From an uncultured Gemmatimonadaceae bacterium (GTDB lineage: Bacteria; Gemmatimonadota; Gemmatimonadetes; Gemmatimonadales; Gemmatimonadaceae): a stretch of 64,000 nt of DNA. Numbering within the stretch: position 1 is the first letter of the stretch; every line of letters begins with the position of its first letter. Of the stretch, positions 52,683 through 63,616 are shown in pieces. Location of the stretch: the NCBI GenBank assembly GCA_963781585.1, contig CAWAGQ010000013.1, positions 502,597-566,596 of the forward strand. Reading direction: 5' to 3'. A program made the translations under genes and the position numbers. The notes beneath the pieces were generated by a model that had not been told where the DNA came from, searched no databases, and saw only the letters and a list, made by a program, of their open reading frames with translations.

Positions 52683-54998
52683 TCAGGAAGTGGTGTAGGC
52701 GTGCGATGCGTCCCCGGCCCTGGTCCCGCTTTGCGTCCGGTCCTGCGGGCGACGGGATCGATCCTGCGCGTCCATCACCGCGACCGCAACCATGTTCACG
52801 ATGTCCTGGACGTCAGCGCCCTGCTCGAGCACGTGGACCGGTTTGGCCATGCCCACGAGAATCGGGCCGATCGCCGTCGCCCCGCCCAGATGATGGAGCA
52901 ATTTGTAGGCGATGTTCCCCGCGCTCAAGTTGGGGAATATCAACACGTTGGCCGGCTCTTTCAAGGCGGAAAAGGGGAACGTTCCTGTCAGCGTTTCCGG
53001 ATCGACCGCCGTGTCGGCCTGCATCTCCCCATCCACCATGAGGTTCGGGTCACGCTCGCGGAGAAGCGCGACCGCCTTCGCCACGCGGTCGGCCACCGGG
53101 TGGCGCACCGAACCGAAGTTGGAGAATGAAAGCATCGCCACCCGGGGCGTCTCGCCGAAAGCGCGCACCACGCGGCTCGCGGCGTACCCGATTTGCGCCA
53201 GCTGCTCCGGCGACGGTTCGATGTTCACCGTAGTGTCGGCGCAGAAGACCAACCGCCGCTCGAGCACGAGCATGTACATCCCGCTCACCAGGCCGGCTCT
53301 TGGATGCGCGCCCACGACCTCCAGCGCCGGTCGCAGCGTTTCCGGATAGGTCGTAGTCGCGCCCGAGACAAAGGCATCCACTTCGCCCAGCGCAACCATG
53401 ACCAGCCCGAAGTAGTTCGCGTTGTACAGACGCCGGTTGGCCTCGGCCAGGCTCATGCCCTTGCGTTGCCGCCGCTTCCAGAGGAACTCGGCGTACGACT
53501 CGCGCCGCTCCGACTGCGACGGATCCTCGATCGCGATGTCCTCGAGCGAGATGTTCTCCCTGGCGGCGCTTCGCTGAATGCGTTCGCGGCTCCCCAACAG
53601 CAGCGGGTACGCGATGCCGTCGTCGGCGAGAATTCTGGCGGCCCGGATGGTCCTCCGCTCTTCTCCTTCCGGCAGCACCACGCGCTTGGGCGCGCTCGTG
53701 GCGCGGTTGATGATCCCGCGCATCACGCCGCGGGCCCGTCCGAGCCGTGCCTCGAGGTGCTCGCGATACCCCTCGATCTCGATGAACTCGTTGGCCACAC
53801 CGCTCGCGACCGCGGCCCAGGCCACCGCCGGCGCCACCCAGAGCAGCACGCGCGGGTCGAAGGGGAAGGGAATGAGGTAGTCGCGCCCGAAGTGCACGCC
53901 CTTGAGGCCGTACCGCGCGGCCACGCTTTCGGGCACGGCCTCCCGCGCCAGCTTCGCCAGCGCATGGGTGGCCGCCATCTTCATTTCCTCGTTCACCTGG
54001 GTGGCCCGCGCGTCGAGCGCGCCGCGGAAGATGGCCGGGAATCCGAGGACGTTGTTGACCTGGTTCGGGTAATCGCTACGTCCGGTGGCCACGACCGCAT
54101 CGGGACGATGCTTCTTCACCTCTTCCGGGAGGATTTCCGGAACCGGATTGGCGAGCGCGAACACCACGGGATCGCGCGCCATCCGCGCGATCATCTCGCC
54201 GGTGACCGCGCCCGCGGCCGACAGCCCCACGAACACATCGGCGTCGGCCAGCGCGTCGCCGAGCGTTCGCGCGCTGGTGCGGCCCGCGAAACGCGCCTTG
54301 TAGCGATCCAGCTCCCCGTCGCGTTCCTGGTGGATCACACCCCGTCGGTCACAGAGGATGATGTTCTCATGTTTCACGCCGAGTCGCTCGTAATGCATCG
54401 CGGTGGCGATCGCCGATGCCCCGGCCCCCGAAAAGACCACCCGTACGTCGGCGACGTCCTTCCCCACGATCACGAGCGCGTTCAGCAGCGCCGCCCCCGA
54501 GATGATCGCGGTGCCGTGCTGGTCATCGTGGAACACGGGGATGCGCATGGTGCGGCGCAGCGTCTCCTCGATGTGAAAGCAGTCCGGGGCGCGAATGTCT
54601 TCGAGGTTGATGCCTCCCACCGATGGCTCGAGCAGCTCGCAGAACCGGATGCAGTCCTCGGCCTTCTCCGACCCCACCTCGAGATCGAAGACGTCGATGT
54701 CGGCGAACTGCTTGAAGAGGTTGCCCTTGCCTTCCATCACCGGCTTTCCGGCCAGCGCGCCGATGTTGCCGAGGCCGAGTACCGCCGTGCCATTGGTGAC
54801 TACTGCCACCAGGTTCCCCTTTGCCGTGTAGCGGTAGGCGTCATTGGGGCTCTTCTGGATCTCGAGGCACGGCTCGGCCACGCCGGGGGAGTACGCCAGC
54901 GACAGGTCGCGCTGGTTGTTGAGCGGTTTGGTGGGGACGACGGCGATCTTGCCGGGCCGGGGGAACTCGTGGTACTCGAGGGCGTCGGAGGGAGGCAT
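52683..54998 (-). CDS. maeB: NADP-dependent malic enzyme with PTA domain
   Basis: [32 protein letters not shown]-terminal DGEMQAD PTA-like domain. Confidence 0.96.
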   Translation of the reverse strand: MPPSDALEYHEFPRPGKIAVVPTKPLNNQRDLSLAYSPGVAEPCLEIQKSPNDAYRYTAKGNLVAVVTNGTAVLGLGNIGALAGKPVMEGKGNLFKQFADIDVFDLEVGSEKAEDCIRFCELLEPSVGGINLEDIRAPDCFHIEETLRRTMRIPVFHDDQHGTAIISGAALLNALVIVGKDVADVRVVFSGAGASAIATAMHYERLGVKHENIILCDRRGVIHQERDGELDRYKARFAGRTSARTLGDALADADVFVGLSAAGAVTGEMIARMARDPVVFALANPVPEILPEEVKKHRPDAVVATGRSDYPNQVNNVLGFPAIFRGALDARATQVNEEMKMAATHALAKLAREAVPESVAARYGLKGVHFGRDYLIPFPFDPRVLLWVAPAVAWAAVASGVANEFIEIEGYREHLEARLGRARGVMRGIINRATSAPKRVVLPEGEERRTIRAARILADDGIAYPLLLGSRERIQRSAARENISLEDIAIEDPSQSERRESYAEFLWKRRQRKGMSLAEANRRLYNANYFGLVMVALGEVDAFVSGATTTYPETLRPALEVVGAHPRAGLVSGMYMLVLERRLVFCADTTVNIEPSPEQLAQIGYAASRVVRAFGETPRVAMLSFSNFGSVRHPVADRVAKAVALLRERDPNLMVDGEMQADTAVDPETLTGTFPFSALKEPANVLIFPNLSAGNIAYKLLHHLGGATAIGPILVGMAKPVHVLEQGADVQDIVNMVAVAVMDAQDRSRRPQDRTQSGTRAGDASHAYTTS

Positions 54999-55008
54999 GG
55001 GAGTAAAG

Positions 55009-55137
55009 ATAGCTCATAGGTCACACGTCACAGGGCTCTGGATGCCGCTATGAGCTATGAGCTATGAGCTATGAGCTATGAGCTATGAGCTATGAGCTAT
55101 GAGCTATGAGCGATGCGCCATGAGCCATGAGTCAGGG
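55009..55137. repeat. (GCTATGA)x9 perfect tandem repeat plus degenerate units and an inverted arm
   Basis: Perfect units at 55047-55109, degenerate units to 55137; ATAGCTC ATAGGTC ACACGTC at 55009-55029 in opposite orientation. Confidence 0.95.
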
Positions 55138-56583
55138 TTCTTTCACCACCGGCTCGGGGTAGGCCTTGCCCAGCGCTTCGATGTACCGCGAGCGGAGCGC
55201 CTTCAGGCCGTCGAACTCGTGCTGCACGAGCTTCCGATAGTCCTCGTGGGTGGCGAACGTGACGAGGAGCGCCGCCATGGACTGCGCATCCACGACGAAT
55301 CCGTGGTGGCCGACCTCGGTGGTCGCGTCGGCGAGCATCTCGTACGTATGGTTGCCGCCGTTGGACGAGTACGATGAGAAGCCGAGTCCCGGAACCGCGC
55401 TCGAGACGCTGCCGGTTTCCTCGAAGCCCTGCGGCTTGCCGGGCGCGTCGGCCGCCCGGGTGGCGCCGAACTGCTTCATGAACGCGAATCCCACCTCGCC
55501 TAACGATCCGAGCGCGATGCCGTCGCGGGCGCCCGGTTCGCGCGCGATCTGCACCTTGGTGCCGGTGGCCAGCGCGGCGGCGCGGGCCGCGTTGTCCACC
55601 ATCTGCGCTTCCTGGGCCAGGTACACCTCATCCGGATAACGGATGTAGAACTCGGCGACCGCCCGATCGGGCACCACGTTAGGCGCCTTGCCGCCTTCGG
55701 TGATGATGCCCTGGATGCGCTCCTCGGGGCGCAGGTTTTTGCGCAGGGCGTCGATGTTCTCGAACAGGTGGATCACCGCGGTGAGGGCGTCCCGTCCTTC
55801 CCATGCCGTCATCTGGTGCGCCGGCGCTCCGGAGAACGTATAGCGCGCGAAGTCGATGTTCAGGCAGCAGGTGCCGAATCCCGCCGCCGGACGGGTCGTG
55901 GCGGTGGACGAGTGCGAGCGGACGATGATGTCGGCGCCCGTGAAGGCACCGGCATTGAACATCACGGTCTTCACTGAGGGCGGAAGGATCTCTTCGGCCG
56001 GCGTGCCATACACGGTCACCGTCCCCGGCGTGTGAGTCCGGGTGAGGAACTCGGACACTGCCACCGCGGCCGCCAACCCCACCGGCCCCTGGGCGCTGTG
56101 CTGGTCGCCGTGGAAGTCGCCGGTGGTTCCCCGCAGCGCGTCGTATTCGACGATCACGCCGAGGTTGGGACCGGGCGTACCCTTGCGATAGTGCGCCACG
56201 AAGGCGGTCGCGAATCCGGCGACGCCCGAATCCACGTCGAAGCCGTGGGCCCGCAGGTAGTCCATGACGATCTTCACCGACCGGAACTCCTTGAAACCCG
56301 TTTCCGGGTGTCGCGTGATATCGTCGGCCATCGCGAGGAGCTCCTGGTCCATGAGCGCCTTGGCGCGCGCCGCCACCGCGTCCCGAGCCGGATCGGGCGC
56401 CGTGAGACGGGTGACCAGATGGGGCAGATCGAGCGACTGCTCGAGCGCGTTCATCCGCGCCACGACGTCGGCAGCGGCCGAGCGTTCGGTGGGCGTCTCC
56501 TGCGCGGAAAGAAAACCACCGGCACAGAACAGAACCGGCAGCGCGGCGCGCGCGATGCGGACAGGCAGCGAGGGAGCGGTCAT
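55132..56583 (-). CDS. Secreted M20D-family amidohydrolase (AbgB-like)
   Basis: PETGFKEF, EYDAL, GTPAEE, GAPAH, GGKAPNVVPD; signal peptide. Confidence 0.85.
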   Translation of the reverse strand: MTAPSLPVRIARAALPVLFCAGGFLSAQETPTERSAAADVVARMNALEQSLDLPHLVTRLTAPDPARDAVAARAKALMDQELLAMADDITRHPETGFKEFRSVKIVMDYLRAHGFDVDSGVAGFATAFVAHYRKGTPGPNLGVIVEYDALRGTTGDFHGDQHSAQGPVGLAAAVAVSEFLTRTHTPGTVTVYGTPAEEILPPSVKTVMFNAGAFTGADIIVRSHSSTATTRPAAGFGTCCLNIDFARYTFSGAPAHQMTAWEGRDALTAVIHLFENIDALRKNLRPEERIQGIITEGGKAPNVVPDRAVAEFYIRYPDEVYLAQEAQMVDNAARAAALATGTKVQIAREPGARDGIALGSLGEVGFAFMKQFGATRAADAPGKPQGFEETGSVSSAVPGLGFSSYSSNGGNHTYEMLADATTEVGHHGFVVDAQSMAALLVTFATHEDYRKLVQHEFDGLKALRSRYIEALGKAYPEPVVKEP

Positions 56584-56585
56584 CG

Positions 56586-57362
56586 TCAGGTGTGTGATGG
56601 GGAGGACGACGGGGAGCGGAGCTGATGGTCGGGCACGGGGCCGCGTCCACGGTCGAGCGCGTCGATCTTCGCGACCCGGGCCTGGTGCCGGCCGCCGCCG
56701 AAGGCCGTGTCGAGAAAGGCGCGGACGATCTCGAGCGCGAGGCGCGCCCCGATCAGACCTCCGCCGAGTGTCAGCAGGTTGGCGTTGTTGTGCTCGCGGG
56801 CATTGCGCGCGGTCGTCACGTCGTGGCACATGGCGGCCCGCACGCCCGCGACCTTGTTGGCGACCATGCAGCTGCCGATGCCGGCCCCGTCGACCATGAT
56901 ACCGAACTCGGCGGCGCCAGCCGACACCGACCGCGCCACGGCCAGGGCGAAGTCGGGATAGTCCACCGCGGCGCTGCCAGTGGTGCCGTGATCGACCACC
57001 GCATGACCCAGTTCGCGGAGGTGTGCGGCGATGGCGTCCTTCAACGCCACGCCGCCATGGTCGGCGCCCACCGCGATGCGCAGCGTGACTGCCGCCGAGG
57101 GAACGCCGGAGGCCGCGTTTGCGGCGCCGTCTCCCGCCCTCTCGTTCACGCTGTTGCCTCCGGCGGCGCCGACCGGCACCGGCTTCCCGCCGGTCCGCAC
57201 CTTCCCTCGTTCACCGGCCAGTCCGGGCAACGCGATTCCCTTGGCATGCGCCAGGTCGATAGCGCTGGGCGTCACCGCAGCATCCCGGACGTCCAGCGCC
57301 GCAATGCCGTCGGCAATCGCCTTCCGCACCTCGCGCTCCGTTACGACTCGTCGCCGGGCCAT
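56586..57362 (-). CDS. rpiB: Ribose-5-phosphate isomerase B with N-terminal extension
   Basis: IAVGADHGG, VDYPDFA, DGAGIGSCMVANK, AREHNNAN, GGRHQARV. Confidence 0.92.
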   Translation of the reverse strand: MARRRVVTEREVRKAIADGIAALDVRDAAVTPSAIDLAHAKGIALPGLAGERGKVRTGGKPVPVGAAGGNSVNERAGDGAANAASGVPSAAVTLRIAVGADHGGVALKDAIAAHLRELGHAVVDHGTTGSAAVDYPDFALAVARSVSAGAAEFGIMVDGAGIGSCMVANKVAGVRAAMCHDVTTARNAREHNNANLLTLGGGLIGARLALEIVRAFLDTAFGGGRHQARVAKIDALDRGRGPVPDHQLRSPSSSPSHT

Positions 57363-57560
57363 TAATCAGTCACATCCGTCATCAGTCGACAGTCGTCAGA
57401 AATCGGCGGTCCGTCAATCTGCGACAACGTTGACCGGCGGTCGAGCGTGCGCCGGATACCCTCCCGTCGATCGCCCGGCCGCCGTGTACCCGGGCGGCAC
57501 GGTGAGTGACGGGCTGGAGGTTCTAGCGTTTCGGGCAGCCGCCGCGTACAGTCTGTACGT

Positions 57561-57917
57561 ATGCCTAGCGAGACAGGCGACCCGCGCGGCCGCCAGAACG
57601 TGTACGCGCGGATCGTCGCCATCGTATTGCTCCTCGTCCAGGCGGTAGTCGTCTCAACGCCCCTGGCGGAAGGACGCAGTGGTCCCGGTGCGCGACAGCA
57701 CGTCGAGGCGCGTAATGAGCAGCGCCACTACGCGCACGCGGAGGCCAACTGCGCGTTCTGCGCCGTGCGGTCGATCCATGCGCCGGCCGCCACTGCACCC
57801 GCGCGGTCGCCCCGGAGCGTGGTGGTGCATCGCGGCGTCCGTGCCGTCCTCCTCCTCCCCCCCTCCACCGACTTCCCGCTCCCGCACCTCTCGCGCGCGC
57901 CCCCCGCGCTGAGCTGA
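57561..57917 (+). CDS. DUF2946-like leader protein (TM, His, CxxC, C-terminal RAPP)
   Basis: Hydrophobic N-terminus, HVE..HYAH..NCAFC, HLSRAPP. Confidence 0.75.
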   Translation: MPSETGDPRGRQNVYARIVAIVLLLVQAVVVSTPLAEGRSGPGARQHVEARNEQRHYAHAEANCAFCAVRSIHAPAATAPARSPRSVVVHRGVRAVLLLPPSTDFPLPHLSRAPPALS

Positions 57918-57989
57918 GCACGGCCACCGGCCGTTGCGACCCGTCCCACCGACGGGTTTGCGCTCGACTCGCGTCTTCTGGGGGATTGC

Positions 57990-59309
57990 ATGCGCATTTG
58001 GAAGATCGTGTGCGCGCTGGCCACCACGGCCGGCGTCACATGGGCACAACAGACCGGATCGCCAACGGCCACCCGGCCGGCGTCGCGCGCGAGCGCCGCC
58101 TACCCGGATACCCTGCGCCTCACGCGCAGCGCGGCTGTGGCCGCGGCGCTGGCAAACAACCCGCAGCTGGAGGTCGCCCGCGAGCAGACGTCGCAGGCCC
58201 GGGCGCGCCGCGTGCAGGCGGTGGCCATTCCCGACCCCACGCTCGTCGCGTCGCTCGATCAGCAACCAGGATTCCTCAGGCTGGGGCAGGCCGGCGAGAA
58301 GAACGTGGAGATGGACCTCTCGGTCCCGTTCCCCGACAAGTTCCGGCTGTACAACCGGATAGCGACCGCCGACGTGGAGTCGTCCGACTACCAGTTCACG
58401 TTGCTGCGCCAGCAGGTGGCCGCCGATGTGGCGCGTGCCTACGACGACCTGCTGCTCACGCGACGTCATCGCCGCGACCTGCTCGACGGCCGCGCCCTGG
58501 CCGACTCGTTCCTCACCCGGGCGCAGGCCCGGTTCAACGCCGGCACGGTGGCCAAGCTCGACGTCATCAAGGCGCGGGTCGACGTGGCCCAGGCCGACAA
58601 TGACCTGATCGCCAACGAGCGGGACATCGCCAACGCCGAATCCGCCCTCAACCGGCTGCTCGGACGCTCGTTAGGTGCCTCGATCATCGAGCTCGATTCG
58701 CTCGACGTCCCGCGCGGATTGCCCGATCTGGGCGTGCTCGAGAGCACGGCGATGACCGCGCGCCCCGAGTTGGGCGACCTCATGTCGCAGCGCAACGGGG
58801 CCCGTGCCAACACCGCGCTGGCCCGCGAGTTCTGGCTGCCGGACCTCTTCGTCGGTGCCACGCGTGACTACAACGCCCCGGGCAGCCAGGCCTACTCGGC
58901 CGGCATCGGACTCGCCTTCCCGCTCTTCTTCTGGCAGCACACGCGGGGCGAGATCGCCGAGTCCCAGCACCGCGAGCGCGAACTCGCCGCCGCCTATCAG
59001 GACCTCCGCGCCGAGGTTGGACAGGACGTGCGGCAGGCATACGCCAGCGCCGAGACGGCGCTCCGACAGGCGCTCTACATCCGCGACGAGCTGCTTCCGG
59101 CCACCCAGGAGGCCTTTCGCGTGGCGTCGGTGAGCTACGGACTGGGTGGTTCTTCGGCTCTGGAAGTGCTCGACGCGCGGCGCACACTCCTCGATGCCCA
59201 GAGCCAGTATGCCGAGGCCCTCGCCAATGCGAACTCGGCGCGCTCCGACCTGGAACGCGCGGTGGGCCGTCCCCTCGACTCGTTCCCAACCGGAGATGCC
59301 CGTGAGTAG
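57990..59309 (+). CDS. TolC/CzcC-family outer membrane efflux protein
   Basis: Signal peptide, ALANNPQL, two OEP repeats (RFNAG..KLDV; SYGLG..ALEVLDA). Confidence 0.92.
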   Translation: MRIWKIVCALATTAGVTWAQQTGSPTATRPASRASAAYPDTLRLTRSAAVAAALANNPQLEVAREQTSQARARRVQAVAIPDPTLVASLDQQPGFLRLGQAGEKNVEMDLSVPFPDKFRLYNRIATADVESSDYQFTLLRQQVAADVARAYDDLLLTRRHRRDLLDGRALADSFLTRAQARFNAGTVAKLDVIKARVDVAQADNDLIANERDIANAESALNRLLGRSLGASIIELDSLDVPRGLPDLGVLESTAMTARPELGDLMSQRNGARANTALAREFWLPDLFVGATRDYNAPGSQAYSAGIGLAFPLFFWQHTRGEIAESQHRERELAAAYQDLRAEVGQDVRQAYASAETALRQALYIRDELLPATQEAFRVASVSYGLGGSSALEVLDARRTLLDAQSQYAEALANANSARSDLERAVGRPLDSFPTGDARE

Positions 59310-60480
59310 TCGCCACCTAGTCCCGAGAGCGCTTCCCGTCGTCGTCCTGGCCGCGTCGACCTGGTGGATCGCCGGCTGCTCGTCAGGCGACGCCGATGCG
59401 AACGGCGCCGGCGCCGCCAATGCACATCCCGACTCGCTCGCGGCCCAAGGGTACACACTGAGCGACTCACAACGCGCGCGTATCACCGTCCGGAGCGTCG
59501 CCGAGACCACCTTCATGCCCGTTCTGGAGGTGACCGGCAACGTCGCCTTCAACGGCGATCATTCCACTCCCGTGCTTTCACAGATGTCGGGACCGGTGAC
59601 GCGGATTCTGGCGGAGCCGGGCACGATGGTGCACGCCGGCGACCCGCTGGCCGTGGTATCGTCGCCCGACTTCGCGACGGCCGTGGCCGATTATCGCAAG
59701 GCCGACGCCGGGTGGCGCAATGCCAAACGCATCGCCGATCGCGACGAGGAACTGTTCAAGAACGACGCGCTCGCGCGAAGCGATCTCGATCAGGCGCGGA
59801 CCGATCTGGCTGCCGCCGCGGCCGACCTCGAGGCGTCGACACAGCAGCTCCACGCGCTGGGGGTCGATGACCAGACTGTCGCCGCGATCCGGGACGGGAC
59901 CGGGACCGTACCCGTCGAGGGGATCCTTCGGACACCGATCGCCGGCACCGTGGTCGAGAAGCTCATCTCGCCGGGCCAGGTGCTGGAGGGAGGTGGCACG
60001 GTCGCATTCACCGTGGCCGACCTGTCCACGATGTGGGTCTTCGCCAACGTCTTCGAGACCGATCTGGCGGTGGTACACGAGGGCGAGGACGCTGACGTCG
60101 TGACTGGCGCGTCGACGACTCCGGTGCCCGGGCGCATCGACTACATCGCGGCCCTCGTCGACCCGGCCACCAAGGCGACCCAGGTGCGGGTGGTGGCGCA
60201 GAATCCGCGGCACGTCCTCAGGCGCGACATGCTGGTGACGGTGCGCATCCACGCCGACCGTCCGCGCAAGGGGATCCTGCTGCCGGCGTCCGCGGTGATG
60301 CGCGATGACGACAACCTGCCGTTCGTGTTCATGGCCCGTCCCGACTCCAGCTTCGTGCGTCGCCGCGTCGATCTGGGGTCCCACCTTGGCGACCGATACG
60401 AGATCCTGTCAGGAGTGAACAGCGGGGACCGCGTCGTCGTCGACGGGGCGCTGTTCATTCAGTTCGCGGAGTCCCAGTGA
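59302..60480 (+). CDS. RND periplasmic adaptor subunit (CzcB/CusB-like)
   Basis: Lipobox IAGC, lipoyl halves, VADLSTMWV, GDRVVVDG. Confidence 0.92.
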   Translation: MSSRHLVPRALPVVVLAASTWWIAGCSSGDADANGAGAANAHPDSLAAQGYTLSDSQRARITVRSVAETTFMPVLEVTGNVAFNGDHSTPVLSQMSGPVTRILAEPGTMVHAGDPLAVVSSPDFATAVADYRKADAGWRNAKRIADRDEELFKNDALARSDLDQARTDLAAAAADLEASTQQLHALGVDDQTVAAIRDGTGTVPVEGILRTPIAGTVVEKLISPGQVLEGGGTVAFTVADLSTMWVFANVFETDLAVVHEGEDADVVTGASTTPVPGRIDYIAALVDPATKATQVRVVAQNPRHVLRRDMLVTVRIHADRPRKGILLPASAVMRDDDNLPFVFMARPDSSFVRRRVDLGSHLGDRYEILSGVNSGDRVVVDGALFIQFAESQ

Positions 60481-63400
60481 GCCATTCGTCCCTGCCGACG
60501 TCGGCGGACCAGGCACCCAGCGGCCCGTCGCTGATTCACCGCATCGTCACCGCGGCGCTGGGACAGCCGCTGCTGGTGCTCATCTTCTCGCTGGTCGTGG
60601 TCGGAGCGGGCGTCTGGTCGTTCACGCGGCTGCCGGTGGATGCCTACCCCGACATCTCCCCGCCCATCGTCGACATCATCACGCAGTGGCCCGGCCATGC
60701 CGCCGAGGAGGTCGAGCGCCTGATCACGGTGCCGTTGGAGAACGAGATGAACGGTGTGGAACGGCTGCGGGTGGAGCGGTCGATCTCGCTGTTCGGGTTG
60801 TCCGACGTGTCGCTGACGTTCGTTGATCGAACAGACCCCTACTTCGCGCGCCAGCGCGTGTTCGAGCGGATCGCCGACGCCGAGTTGCCGGACGGCGTCT
60901 CGCCGTCGGTGGAGCCGTTGATGGCGCCCTCGGGCCTCATCTACCGCTACGTGCTGGACAGCCCCGACCGCTCGGCGATGGACCTGAAGGTCATCAACGA
61001 CTGGGAGCTCGCCAAGGCCTACAAGGGCGTGCCGGGTGTGGCCGAGATGTCGGGCATTGGCGGGGAGACCATGGAATACCAGGTGGTGGTCGATCCGATC
61101 AAGCTGGCCGGCGCCGGTCTGGGCATCGGCGACCTCGTCTCGACGTTAGGCGCCAATAACAGCAACGCGGGCGGCGGCTTCTACGCCGAAGGGGGGCAGT
61201 TCTTCTATGTCCGCGGCCTGGGTCGCGTCGAGACGCTCGACGACATCGGGAAGGTGGTCCTCAAGGTCGACAACGGGAAGCCGGTCACGGTAAAGGACAT
61301 CGGGCAGGTGGAGATCGGCCACGCCCCCCGGCTGGGTCAGTTCGGGTTCAATGAGCGCGATGATGCTGTGGAGGGCATCGTGCTGATGCGCTCCGGCGAG
61401 CAGGCCCAGACGGTCCTGAAACGGGTCGAGGCGAAGACCGCCGAGCTCAATCGCTCGGTCCTGCCGCCCGACGTGAAGATCCGGCCCTACTACGACCGCA
61501 GCGACCTGATCGCGCTCACGACGCGCACCGTGGAGGACAACCTGTTGCGCGGAATCGTGCTGGTGATCGTCGTCCTGATCTTCTTCCTGTACAATGTGCG
61601 TACCGGGTTGATTGTGGCGGCCACCATTCCGCTCTCGCTCCTGTTCGCCTTCATCATCCTCGACCTGCGAAACATTCCGGCGAACCTGTTGTCAATCGGT
61701 GCCATCGATTTCGGCATCCTGGTGGATGGCGGAGTGGTGATGGTGGAGAACATCTACCGTCAGCTGGCGCGGCGACACGGCACGACGTACTCGATTCGCG
61801 AAGTCATCGCCACCGCCGCCGCCGAAGTGGACCGCCCGATCGTGTACGCGGTGGCGGTGATCGTCGCCGGATTCCTGCCCATTTACGTGCTCTCGGGACC
61901 GTCGGGACGGCTCTTCACGCCCATGGCCGACACGATGATCTACGCGTTGATCGGGTCGCTGGTGCTCACCCTCACGCTGCTGCCCGTGCTGTGCATGCGG
62001 TTGCTCCGACGCGGCGTGCGCGAACGGAGGAATCCGGTCTTCGAGCGCGTGCGGTCGTGGTACGAGCGCGGACTCGACTGGAGCCTGGTTCACCGGCGCA
62101 TCGTCATCGGGGGATCGGTGCTCCTCGCTGGGCTTGCCCTCGTGCTGGTGACCACGGTCGGGGCCGAGTTCATGCCCCATCTGGACGAAGGCGCGCTCTG
62201 GGTGCGCGCCACGATGCCGTACACCATTTCGCTCGAAGAATCGCAGAAGATCGTCCCGCAGATCCGCGCCATCCTCCGTTCGTTCCCGGAAGTCACCGTG
62301 GTGGGGTCCGAGCACGGACGGCCGGATGACGGCACCGATGCCACCGGCTTCTTCAACGCGGAGTTCTTCGTCGGGCTCAAGCCGTATTCGGAATGGAAAG
62401 GGCCGTATCACCGCAAACCGGATCTGATCGAGGCCGTTGACAAGAAGCTTTCCGCCTTCCCGGGAATCACGTTCAACTACACACAGCCCGCTGAAGACAA
62501 CGTCAACGAGGTGGAGACCGGCTTGAAGAGTTCTCTCGACGTCAAGCTCTTCGGCTCCGACCTGAAGGTGCTCCAGACCAAGGGATTGCAGATCAAGCAC
62601 GTCCTGGACGGTGTGCGTGGCATCACGCACGTCACGCTGGTGCAGGAGCTCGGGCAGCCCAGTCTCACCGTGACCGCGGACCGCGAGAAACTCGCCCGGT
62701 ACGGGCTCAATGTGGAGGATGTGAACGGCCTGATCGAAGCAGCGGTAGGTGGTGCGGCGGCGACGCAGGTGGTCCAGGGAGAGCGGCTGTTCGATCTGGT
62801 GGTGCGCCTGTCGCCGCAATACCGGGAAACGCCGGAGGCGATCGGGAATATTCTGCTCCCGACGCCGGTCGGCGATCAGGTTCCGCTGCGGACCGTGGCC
62901 CGCCTGGAGTTGAGCAACGGCGCGTCGTTCATCTACCGGCAGAACAACGCGCGATTCATCGGCATTCAGTACTCGGTGGAAGGACGCGATCTGGCAGGCG
63001 CGGTCCGCGACGCGCAGGCACAGGTGGCGCGAACCGTCTCGTTGCCGCAGGGATACCGCACGGTCTGGGGGGGCGAGTTCGAGGAGTACACGGCGTCGCG
63101 TCCCAGCTCCAACTGGTGCTCCCGATTACGCTGGGTCTCATCTTCCTGCTCCTGTTCGCCCTCTATCACAACTTCAAGTTTCCGTTGATCACGGTGGTGG
63201 GAGTGCTGCTGTCGGCGCCGATCGGGGGCATCATCGTCCTGGCGCTGACCGGCACGCCCTTCTCGGTGTCGTCGGGGATCGGCTTTCTGGCACTCTTCGG
63301 CGTGTCGGTCCAGACGGCCGTGGTCTACATCTCGTACGCCAACGAATTGCGGCTTGCGGGACGGGGCATCCATGACGCCACGCGCGAGGCAGCCATTCTC

Positions 63401-63607
63401 CGGCTGCGACCCATCATGATGACGGCCTTGGTTGCCGCGTTAGGCCTGCTCCCGGCCGCGCTATCTACCGGTGTGGGGTCGGACTCGCAGAAGCCGTTCG
63501 CGATGGTCATCGTGGGCGGCCTGTTCTCGCGCCTTCTGATCAGCGTCTTCCTCATGCCGGTGCTGTATCTGGTGGCGGCCAGGGAACACGATCACCTCAA
63601 GGTGTAG
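60477..63607 (+). pseudogene. CzcA/CusA heavy-metal RND permease with one frameshift near 63100 (pseudogene or sequence error)
   Basis: LPVDAYPDI, GAIDFGILVDG, EFMPHLDEG in the first frame; RLRPIMMTA continues in another frame to 63607. Confidence 0.85.
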
Positions 63608-63616
63608 CCGAACCGG

